Positions 13,363 through 24,942 of a DNA stretch of 64,000 bases are shown here, in pieces. The notes beneath the pieces were generated by a model. That model did no database searches. It was not told the origin of the DNA and saw only the letters and a program-made list of their open reading frames with translations. Source of the stretch: Kudoa neothunni (taxonomy: Eukaryota > Animalia > Cnidaria). Location: the NCBI GenBank assembly GCA_964304625.1, contig OZ199839.1, positions 3,133,223 through 3,197,222 of the forward strand, in the 5' to 3' direction. Position 1 is the stretch's first letter; every line of letters begins with the position of its first letter. The position numbers and the translations under genes were made by a program.

Positions 13363-14560
13363 TTGGATTAAACGGACCTGTGTTTAAGTCAAAAATTTCG
13401 TTTTTTTAATTTAATTGGTAATGTTGATATTAACGCGGACTCTATTGATTTACATTTGTGTGTTGAAATTGGAATAGAATATGAGTTTTACTGAGTTTAT
13501 CTTAAAAAAGTTCTATGATTATTTCAGTGTAGAAGGCTAAATTTTTGTTGAAACAGTACTGTGAATTTTCGTAATAAATTTCTATTTATTCTTAGATCAA
13601 TGTATCAAAATAATTCCAGCTAATCGCAATAAAATTTTTAATCTTATGATGGCGAAATTATTTGAATATATTACTGTGGATACACAGTTGCGCAGGGATT
13701 CTACGCACTGTTTTGGGACAAAGACTCGAGTGCGTAATAACCTTGCACTAGTTAATATCCATGCTGGTGCTTGCGCACATGGAGGAAAATTTGGTGGGTG
13801 CGCGAACACTTTTTCTGCGCTTTTTATTTATTCCCTCGTTTCACCAATAATAAATTTAATAGAGAGATGTGAAAAATTGAGTTTTAGTGTATATATTTTT
13901 TTCCAAATGTAGATACGGCACATAATTATAATTTGTAAATAATAATTTATTAGATAATGCTTAACAATAATCCTTGTGCAACTTTTTCAATAAAAAACTT
14001 TTCAAATATATATATGAATACTTTTAGACTACGACAAATTATATTTCAACAAAAATCTTTGATGGAATACATTTTGATTATGCATAAACATAAATCACCT
14101 TGTTTAAAATGGCGTTATTTCTAATTTTTTAATGAGTATTCTAGTGTTATGATTTTTGAAAATTATTTTTAATTTATTTAACAAATAAAAATCATTATAA
14201 TATTTAAAATTAATTTGGATAAAATATTCAAAACAGAACGCCAAAGTGGTGCAATTTTTTCTCACGTTTATTCGAATTTTAATAGAACATTGGGCATAAA
14301 GGGATTGAAAATTAAAGAGCAGATAAATAAACTTTCATAGTAAACTCAAGATGGTTAATATGACTGATTTCCTACCAACTATAAATTCTGATAGTTGATA
14401 TTTATACGGTTATGACTTGTTGGAATATCACTCGATCAAACCAGGAATGAAATTAATGTTAAAGTATAATTGTCACATAAACAACAACTCTAACTTTAAT
14501 GATTTTAAATGTATAACGCAATACAAAGAAACTATAAGACACTAAAAAGTATAAAAAATT

Positions 14561-15528
14561 TCAGTCAGATGTGCCAAAATTGCAATAGGTTTTTATAGTC
14601 TGAGTTCGTCCGAAGGTGTAGTTTGTGGTGATGAGTGAGGTTTGAAAATAAAATCTAAAACACAAAAAAAGTGAAAAAGCTCTTCATTTACAGCTAAGTT
14701 ACTCTATAACTTGTTCGAAAGCATGCTTAAAATATTTACATTTCATCCTAAAAAATATTAATCTCCTTATATAAATCCCAACAGAGTGAGTACATATCAT
14801 CCAATCCTTGCCACCGAGTATAGTACGCATTTTCCAGGAATAAATTGACCTTAATAGATGTAGATTAGGCAGAAGCTAATTAAATAGTACAATTATTAAT
14901 GATATAATCAATACAGATTTTGTTTGTCTTCCAGGGAGATGCACATACAGTGGTTTTGATTCGATAGCATGGTCCTTCACGGAAAAAAGATTTATTTTCA
15001 AAACACCTTCACTATTGTAAAAATTTCTGTTGTAGAACTCAATCGGTAGCTAAATAGAATGTGAAAAATAATCAATCCATCAATATTGGGTTCAATCACA
15101 GAATAATTCATATAAACTTCGGTTTTATTGATAGAATTAAACCCCACCACGGTAAGGTTCTGCAATGTAATATCAATGGATCTTGGATAGAGAAAACAGA
15201 AACTAAATATTGAACCAATACTAACGACTAGGATTGCTGTAAGGATAACGATTTTACTAATGTTATAAACAACTCACAATTACCAACAATCAAATCATAT
15301 TCAATACGTATAATTCTTTTTCAGTCGACTGTCTTTATTGGGTATGGGCACAATTTTATTCTCTTCTACAGAGAATTTAAATGTGGAAGTCGCTCACCGA
15401 ATTCTACCTTCATAAATGAAGCCATCGCCTTTACATGTTGGACAGATCCTTGGGAGTTCTTCGTATTGGCAGGAAAACTCTTCAACAAATCTAGCATCTT
15501 CTTTGGTATCACTCTCTATTACTGCCAT
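14561..15528 (-). CDS. TMEM106B: TMEM106-family type II membrane protein (multi-exon)
   Basis: Spliced translation: MAVIESDTKEDARFVEEFSCQYEELPRICPTCKGDGFIYE-ENKIVPIPNKDSRLKRII-KIVILTAILVVSIGSIFSFCFLYPRSIDITL..YNRNFY..FQTSLITTNYTFGRTQTIKTYCNFGTSD*. Matches TMEM106 CPTC.G.G, D.RL, a TM helix followed by F.FPRSID, and N.N.Y. The B-paralogue symbol is nominal. Confidence 0.85.
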
Positions 15529-17789
15529 GTGGTATCAGTAAATGGCTAAATAGAAAATGCCAAGACTTTCAATTCTTACCACAATGAATCAATTTTCCGG
15601 ATATTGTTGAAAATCACCGTAATCCTATTCACAAGTTTGATGTTTACTACCAAACTATAAGTTAGACTTGATTAAAATTTTTCCTAATTTTTTTCCTAGA
15701 ATTAACCCAGAGAGTAGTGTTTAAGAAAAAAATTTCATAGAAATACGAAAAATTGTATGTTGTAAACATTGATCATTACTTTATATATTTAATGTGGAAA
15801 TTTATTGATCAAGGTATTAATATTTTATTTCAGAACAATAAAAATTTTTATTAGACAAAAACATTGATTTTGTTTGTTTTAATGTTTGTGTGGAATAATA
15901 AATCGCATTATTTATTATTAGAGTTTTATTCATAATCCAATAATAACAACGCTTTATATTGATTATATAATAATGTCCAATTAATGAGATACCACCATCT
16001 CTTGAAACTTCGAAGTAACTCGGGGAATAAAAATTAATTTGCGATAAAAAATTTGAAATACTATCATATAAATATTGTCACATGCGCACGCATTTTAATA
16101 AAAAAGTACAGAATTATTCGAGTTCAAAATTTTTTCCATAAGTTTAACTTGAATTATGTATTAATAAATTAAAAATCACCGTTTCTAAAATTATGTAATT
16201 AGTAAATTCCAATTAATATAACTAATAAATACGATCTAATTAATAAATTCTAATAATTACAATTTCATGAGTACAATTTATTTGGATCTTCCTCTTTTAA
16301 AAACGCCCCAAGTGTTTCTAAATTCTCGATTATTTTCAAATAATTGTATTAATATTAATCAACATTATCATTAAACAAACGATTCGTATTAATTTGAGGT
16401 ATATTTAATGATCATAACCACCCACACCAGTTTCTTCGTTGAGTATTTTTCATCATAATTAAATCTGTTTTTTAATCCTATCATATTTTCTAGGGTTACC
16501 CCCATACCGATACCAACTTATGAGCAGTACTCATTACTCGCCGAAAGGCATTGATACTTAAAACCGATACCAATAAAATTTCGTTTTTTAAAGCCAGTAT
16601 ATAATGAAGAGTAGTGTGTCAAATTACATTAAAATTATTCTTATATTTTTATAAATCTTTACGCATTTCACTATTGAATAATACAAAACAAAATATTAGG
16701 TTTGTAATATTCATTAGGCCTGTCAATAAAATATCGGGTAATGATAAAATATGCGGCACATAAAAAACGCCCCCCTTGCGCATGTCTGTTTGTATTTCTT
16801 TTTCATGATTCTTGATAATAAAATAGAAGAATATGGGGAAAAAATTCGTCAAAAAATAATAAATTATAAATTTTGAGAACTTTTAATCCCAACGCGGTCG
16901 GATCCATGTGTGATCTCCATTTTTTTTTTCAACAAACATTGAATTGATCTCTAATTTGTTTTGATAATCATTCCTAAATTGGTTCGATTTTATTTTTTTT
17001 ACAATATAAACACAAATTTTACGATATCAAATTTAATTATACAAGTTTTTATAGGTTTTAAGGACGAATAGTTTAAAAGCGAGGACAGCGACGTGCTCTC
17101 AAAATATATTTTCTTAATTTCCTTGGAGTTGATGAGTTTTTTTAATAATTAATCAACACTATATTTTAGATCAACATTTATTTTCAATAGGGAAATAACT
17201 TAAGATTTATTATAGTGAGTTATCATTTTTTAGGTGGAGTTCTCACATGTGTGTTTAGTATAGTATTCGATAAATGTAAAAATGTAGTTATAACAAACAT
17301 AAAACCGAAAAAATTGTTATTTCTATAAAATTATTAGTTTTAATGAATTATATATGTACCGATAAAAATAATAACCTCATTTAACGTGTTGTGTTTACAT
17401 CTTGAAATATTAACAATTAGTATACTTTGCTGATTTTGTTGTTAGGAAATTTTGGCATATAAAAAACTGACAACACTATAAAAATGTAGATCAAATTTTT
17501 TTAAATGTTTTACACCACACTTAAAGGTAAACAAGTTGATATAATCGTTTTTAAAAATTAGTTTACTGAATTTTAGTAATAAAAATTGAATAATTTCTTA
17601 ATTTCTAAAAAAAGAATTTAACAAAAAATTATAAACTAAAACAAATCTCACTACATTAATATCTATATTTAAAAGTTTATTTTTAAAGTTAGTTTACATA
17701 AAATTGTTATATATCATTAATAAAAAAGCTAAATAGTAATAATAAATAATTTTTGAGTTAATAATTAAGAAAGAAACAAAATAATTCAA

Positions 17790-18294
17790 TGTTTGTTGAA
17801 AAAAAAGCGCATTAAAGTTTATGCGGGGTCAAAGAATATTAATTCGAGTGATAAAAATTAATTTTCTTGTATTATCCTCATCTCTATTACCTTTTCTATT
17901 TTTTTATCCCTTAAATAGTTAGTGGTGCACACATTTTCCGAGTCGGTCCAGAATTCGACTTTAAAAATCCCCCGGGCCAAAAAATAACGTATTAAATTGC
18001 ACTTTAAGAGAATGAATAATTCGGGAACGAAATAAATACGACGCTGACCTTAAATTATTTAGCGTTGATTCCCGGATAAGAAATTGTGAATTAAAAACGA
18101 GGATTGATACACTCCTGCACAGAAATGATTGTGATTTAAATTTTGAAATCAAAATCGACAATGTATGATACTTTTAAAAAATTTAGTTTGATTGCTTCTA
18201 TATATCAGTTTGAATCGTAATATCTTTTTGAATGTTATAAAGAAACGTCTCTATGCGAAATCTTCCCCAAACAACGCTGGGCAGTTCGCGCTAG
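17790..18294 (+). mobile_element. Helitron 3' fragment
   Basis: Ends ccccaaacaacgctgggcagttcgcgCTAG|t (hairpin plus CTAG). Homologous to 36512-37070, 51050-51140 and 62140-62574. 5' boundary approximate. Confidence 0.75.
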
Positions 18295-18748
18295 TATCTT
18301 ATGAAAATATGGCAAGCGAACAATTTAATTATCTAATAAAATATATTACTCATGGTTTGATGTGTTTATGAATAAAACACCAATCTCGCGCTAAATATTT
18401 ATTTTACCTTACTAAATTAACTAGTTAACCGTGTAATGGATATCAAAACATTATTTGAGGAAATTAATATTTTACTGACCGACAATACAATACAATCAGT
18501 TAGGTTCCCTTATCAAGTAAAATCAGTAAATTTTGGAGAAATAAAATTTTTTGTCATAATCTCATTAGAATACAACAGACATCTAAAACAATTGAAATTT
18601 AAAAAATGTGGTATCGGTACAAACCTAATATTTCCCTTCATTGTTTTAATGCGTATATAATTATCGCTATACCTATAAATTTATTTTGATAAAATTTATG
18701 AGTGTTTGGTTTTAAAAAATATAGTAAGTCATGGAAAATTAAAAAACA

Positions 18749-19163
18749 CTCTCCAAAGATTTCGTGGTGAAATTCACCCCAGCATAATTTTTACTTAATT
18801 ATTCATCCAAAAATGTGTTTATTGTTCAAAATGAATTCTAACTTAGTTTATTTTTTGTGTATAATAAGCTAAGTTAGAAATTAATATAAAATACATCGTA
18901 GTCACATTTTTTACTTTTTAAATAAATTGTTTTACTTTTTTGCGTTACCGAAGAATCGATGGCTTATGATTTGTACCGTAAAGGTTTTATGAGGGTTAGT
19001 AATGTGAGTAATGGCACTTTTTCTCTGAATGTAACGTGTCAAACCGTATAATATTTTACGGATAAATTTATCACAATTTCTTGTTTAAATTGACTTAAAA
19101 AAACTCTGGGTGAACTTCACCCAAAATCTTTGGAGGTAGTTCGTTTTATGATACATTCGAGGG
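18749..19163. mobile_element. piggyBac-like MITE
   Basis: Inverted repeats ctccaaagattt..ggtgaaattcacccc (18751) and gggtgaacttcacccaaaatctttggag (~19108-19136). Right end cgaggg|TTAA. Confidence 0.55.
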
Positions 19164-19249
19164 TTAAAAAGATTTGTCTTCACTATGGACATCGTTTGGT
19201 TTTATAGAACAAACAGAATAACATTAATACCCTATCATTTTATCTAGAA

Positions 19250-20289
19250 TAGAGGTCTCCAAACTTTTTGATACGAGGGCCACAAATAATTTGACATTGG
19301 TCGCTGCTTCATTTTCATATAAATTTTATGATGATTAATTACTTATGTATAAAGTTCTCATTTAACTTGTTATATTACTTCGCACGTACCATTCCTGAGT
19401 ATTTTGAATATTCAGATTTATAGCGTAATTACGATGATTGAATTCATTGAGCACTGTTACATATAACATATTTTTTTGTTGTCCCATTTAATCACAAAAT
19501 AATCTAATATCAGCTTTTCATGAAAAGTTCTGCATTCCAAATGAACTTTTCGATTTCTCAGGTCGTTCGACATTTCTTCTCCCATGTCTCAAAATGTCAA
19601 ACGTATAAAACCCAATGCAACTATTAAAGCCCAAAAGTGAGAACGAACTTTATAACTGAATATGTTAAGTATGTAGCGACGTAATGACATAATATAATTA
19701 AAATTTTAAAAGTTTTAGGAAAAAAATTCAAATTAATTAACAAATAAATCGTTATATAGCAGTATAACAGTATAACAGGGGAGGCCAGACTTGTTTAAAT
19801 GGGAACCATGTTTGATGAATTTCAAATTTTTCGGAGCTACAAGGATTGAAAATTATATTTGGGGGTTGTTATATTTATATTTGGCTAAAAGTTTTAGTTG
19901 ATAATGAATTAATGTAAAATTCAAGCGTTCTTATTCATGATAGCTGCAGGATCATATGACTTTCAAAGTGGCCAAATAAATTTATAAACAAAATTTAATG
20001 AAACATTAAGCCAAGTTTAAATTTTTCTAGAGTTGCGGTTCGGTCACCCCTGTTGTGTGTTATGATGTATTTATCACATACAAAAAATAGTAAGGTCTTA
20101 GAAATTACGATAATGTGAGTTGTTCGCAATTTAAGTTAGTTATGAACGTTATTTTGTATAAGAATGAATTTAATTTTCTCATATAATACGCCACTTTTAA
20201 TAAAATTTGTTTGTGAAACCAAAAAAATCTATTTTATATTTTTTAACAGAAACCTAGATGGACCATATTAAAAATGTTGGAGGCCTCTG
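19250..20289. mobile_element. hAT MITE, with a second hAT MITE nested at ~19776-20052
   Basis: Ends tagaggtctccaaac ... gttggaggcctctg. Flanks atctagaa/atatagat match 6/8. Confidence 0.6.
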
Positions 20290-20919
20290 ATATAGATCAC
20301 CTAAATATTATTTTTGTTATGAATAATGAAATATAATTCCATAATTATAAATTCACTCTTAAATTCCTAGAAAAATGCTGTGAATGAAAATTTAAGTGTA
20401 TGTTTTTATAGCTCAATAGAATAGTCTATAAAACTATTCAGTGGAATCGATAAGTGTTACAATATTCTCATTATTTGTCGTTGGAACGATTAAACTATAA
20501 AGGTATTTATAGTGCCAAATCTAAACTATAGTAACATTTGAGCATATCAAAGGAGTTAATCGGTAGCAAAGGAGTCATATTTTAGCGGTGTAAATCTCTT
20601 GAATGATTAAAAATATAAAAAATTTAGCGTTGATTAAAAAAATTCCATTTCATATATTATCAACTATTTGGAATGAAATAATTTGATAGGATAATTGTAG
20701 AATGAATGATATCCATAGTTATTTTGCAAAGAAGATAGTTAGTTGCGGGTGAGAACTTCACGCCAAAAATAAATCGAAGTTGTAAGGATCAAAAATTACA
20801 TGAACAAAAGCGTGAATGTTACTTAGGATTAAATTTTGTGATGAAAACAGTCTTAGTAACTCCTATAGTACATAAATTGTCTATCGTGCGCAATCGTAAA
20901 TGTCGAATTAGGCAAAATA

Positions 20920-23900
20920 ATGACGGAAATGTGCAGTTCTTCAACCACTCAAGACTCATCTACCACATTATCATGCGCAGAGAGCAACATAGCCCAAACA
21001 ATAAGCATACGCATTATAAGATCGTTTGAATATCGCAATGTGAAGCATATGGTGATGAAAAATGTTGATTTGACCATGAATGTGAGTGATTTTCTTGCCC
21101 AGCTGGCAGTTGTGATCAGAACCGATAAATCCCTCAACTCATCTATACGTTACTATCCGTATGGTAAGAGAATTTTTTCCAAAAATAAAAAACCACACGT
21201 GATTTAGGCACTATAATTCAATTTGATTCATTCTAATGGGTATTATTGTTTGTAGATACCTTGAAGATAGAACACCATGCATTTGGAGCAAAGGTAATCT
21301 TGGGGTTCACATTAATTTTGTAATGTGGTTATCAGAGTAACCAAGCCATTATTAATATGGCAGATGACAAATGCTTAATTATGACAGAAAGAGAGCGCTC
21401 ACTGGAATCATATGGTGTTGGTATGACATTATAAAAATTGTTTGCGTTTGGTGTTGGATTAAAAAAATGGTATACGAAAAGTTTAGGTACCTGATTAATC
21501 CAGTAGATTTTCGTTAATAATGTTGATGCCTCAAAATAAATTTCATAATGAATAATAAATTCCCGTTAATATTGTTGGTATATGAAAATTAATTTTATAA
21601 TGAATTTTAATTTTTTTAAATTAAACAAAATAATCTCGTATATATGTTTAGTAGGAGTAGTTTTACATCCACCTGTTCACGTAAACCAGCGATTCCCAGT
21701 TATTTTTGGTTTCCGCAACCCTTCTAAAAAAATAATTTTAAAATGGACTTAACTTTAACGAGAAAAAAAATATAAATTAAATAATACAACCGATGATAAA
21801 TTAAACGTTTTGATTTTAATTGTTTTTTGAACAATAATTAAGCCAAAACGAGATTTTTAATTAGATAAAAATATGTTTGAATTATAATTTGTAAATGAAC
21901 GATAAAGTTTTTGTTAAAGTGAGTGGTTCTTAACCTTTTTTCCTCGCGGACTCCTACTTTGTTCAATGGACTTATCATGGACCCCCATCTTGTTTTAATG
22001 CATAATCCAGTCATACATATAAATATTTTATCTTTTCGTTCCTATTGTTCACTTCAGTGAACAGATTAAAAAATATTTAGAATTTTTGTTTAATTGTTTA
22101 TTAAAAAATAAATCAAATTCAAATTGTTTGTAATTTTTATATTAGTTTGATTTAAAAAAATTCTCGATGAAAAATAAAAATTTGGGAACAAAAAAAAACT
22201 TGAATTATTTAACTAATATCCCCAACTTTATTAAAATATTTTTTTCATGTAAATTAATTATGTTGTGCTTTTGTTTCGAAATATGTATTAAAAATTGTTA
22301 ATCACTAATACGTGAAGTATTTTTAGTATTAAACCAAAAAAAATAAAAACAGTGATGCATATTTTAAAATAAAAAATTTTCTTGTAATAATCGAAATATT
22401 TGTACCATAGAGAATCATTATTTTCGTTAATTATTATTTATGCTACAATCAAGAGTTAATAAACGAGGAATTTTTATATAATAGAATGCGAGATTAATGC
22501 AAAAATCCTACATTTTTATAAATGATAAATGTTAAAAAAATATTTAATGAGATTTCCGTAGTTTCTTTTTATCAATAAATTCACAGAATTCTGACAAGTA
22601 TTTGAAAGAGCAACGCGTATATAAGCGATTTCGTGACTTTTTTTATGGAAATCTAGTCTTGCAATAATAGATTGTTGTAGAAGGAGTAATCAATCTAATT
22701 GCATACTCTGTAACATGAAGAAGTATATTTTGGGATTTTTTAGCTTTTATCAAATAAAGTAATGAATAACTTTTGTTTTGTAGATTTTTTTACGAAGTAA
22801 ATTATAACACAAGGAGATTTTGTAATAAATATAAAATATTTATACGAAACAATAACGTAAGGGTATAATGCAAATTTTTAATAATTACGCTAACGATTAA
22901 AAATATCTAATTATAATGAAGGTATGGTGGTAAAGTTGGATTAAGATTTTATTTAAATCACTCTTGGACCTCAGGTTTAAAACCGCTGGTTTAAGTGAAA
23001 AATATCAAATGTAAATAGTCGCGCTTGTGCATAATGTGGATTTTTTGATTGTACATCTAAAGATTCAATGCGGAATATAACACATGTGACCTTATATTGA
23101 ATGTGGAACCTCAGTTTATATATCTTTTCAATGCAACTTTATTTGAACTTGAAGTATAAAAATTTAATTCGAACACCAACTAAATCTTAGTTTACTTAAA
23201 TAATATACAATCTGATTTTTACAGATTCAACATATTTTAATCATTTAAAAATTTGTTTATTTTGCCCATTCAGGGGTGAATAATTCATAATTTTTTACTT
23301 ATGGCGATTTAAAATTTTAATGTTACATTTTATTTATGAATAAAAAAAATTATCATTTTTTAAATATTAATAAATAGAAAATAATAGATTGAAAGAGTAA
23401 ATTAATGTCCAGTAATATTCATCAAATGACTTTTGTTTACCAGACTTATTTCAATTACGTTTATGCGCGAATCGCACATGATATACTTTCGAGAGAGGCT
23501 CCAATTACGATGAACATTGTTTCCCAACCTTTTTTCTATCGTCCCCATTTTTTCTTGAAAAAAAATTCTGTACCTCACCTGTCTCAAGAGTATTGATTTT
23601 TGTACTTAAACTGTGGACCATTTTGAATAAAGCTCCTTAACACATTAAAATCTGAAACAAGTTAATAAATATTTCTTCTTCTATTAAATTAAAATGTGTT
23701 CGATCGGTTCTAACTTAATTTATCGATGGACCTTAAAATTAACATCTTTAATTCTTCATTCCGTCGAAAACACCGCCTAAGGAAACTCGTGTTATTCCAA
23801 CCTACAATAGGAAAGAGTTTCGTGTATACGAGGCTAATGAAACGAAAGTGGATAATATAAGTACAAAATTAATCAGTATTATATTAGAGTTAATCAAAAA

Positions 23901-24843
23901 GGGACTGTATAATTCTAAACGAGACATAATTGTGATTCAAACTATTCTGATTCTATTCGGGTGAATCATACGTTAAATATAATTATTAATTTTTATATAA
24001 TTAGTCTTGGTTTTTGTATTTTTTATCATATTAACCGATACTTAAAAGTAGGCGATATTAACTTCAAAATACCTCATAACTCCGAATTATCTCACCATTA
24101 TCTGTGCCACACCAATAGTCAGGATTTTCCACGCCCCACCGGTGGGAAACACTGACGCAGAATCAATAGATTGCGTACGAAGCATGCTCGGCCGTACAAT
24201 TTTTGTGTTAATTCAAGTTAAAGTCTCGGATCCCCAGTAACTGTCTTTCTCATTCCAAAGGGCCCGGGAACCCCTAATCGGAAAGCCACGATCTATATCC
24301 CAGAAATACTGCATAAAATAATATTTAAACTTTTTATTCGCCATTCTAACTTCATATAATATATATATATATATATTGGATTTGTTTTTTTGACGCTACA
24401 AAAAAATTGAACTGTGGAGATAAAATGTGTAACCAACTCATAAACTTAAAATTTTTCTTGTATGCCAACAACCCACCCATTTATCGTTATTTATTTATTA
24501 TTATTTAAATTAATTATCATCATATCTAATATTCATAGCGAAATTAATGTCGAAATGTTTTACAATTATTGCAACCAAACGAGATTTAAAACGCTATAAT
24601 TTACGAGTATATCGGATTGGAGAACATCGAACCTCTCATTCCAATCATCACAAGTTAAGCAAATTGTAGCGCCAATAGCCGCCTTCAACAAATCCCTAAT
24701 TTCACGTGATTCAACACCAAACATTCATTCTCATTTTTTGATGCGCCAGTAAAAAAATCAATTTAGAAAATGAAACAGTAATTTCTTTTTTCAACATGGA
24801 TGACTACAAAATTTTTAAAAACGACCCCCAACTCAAATGGTGA
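20920..24843 (+). CDS. C2orf76: UPF0538 protein C2orf76 homolog (ubiquitin-like fold), 4 exons
   Basis: Exons 20920-21163, 21256-21293, 21336-21420 and 24767-24843 splice in frame. Translation: TISIRIIRSFEYRNVKHMVMKNVDL..YDTLKIEHHAFGAKSNQAIINMADD..SLESYGVENETVISFFNMDDYKIFKNDPQLKW*. Confidence 0.92.
21921..22988 (-). mobile_element. hAT (Buster/Charlie-like) deletion derivative in C2orf76 intron 3
   Basis: Ends gagtggttcttaacc ... ggtttaaaaccgctg with 8-bp TSD gttaaagt/gtttaagt. Minus strand carries a hATC remnant (LITPSTTIYYCKTRF, RVALSN). Confidence 0.75.
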
Positions 24844-24942
24844 CTCCATCAACAAAGTGATGCTTGGCGTTGTAGTTAGACGGCTGAAAACATTGTCTAT
24901 TAGAATTATAAATGTTTGTTTGTTCGTTGTCAATTTTTATCG

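Noticed and set aside
16420-16475. Hammerhead ribozyme-like TGATGA..GAAAC on the minus strand
   Set aside because: Lacks the CUGA core and a pairing stem II.
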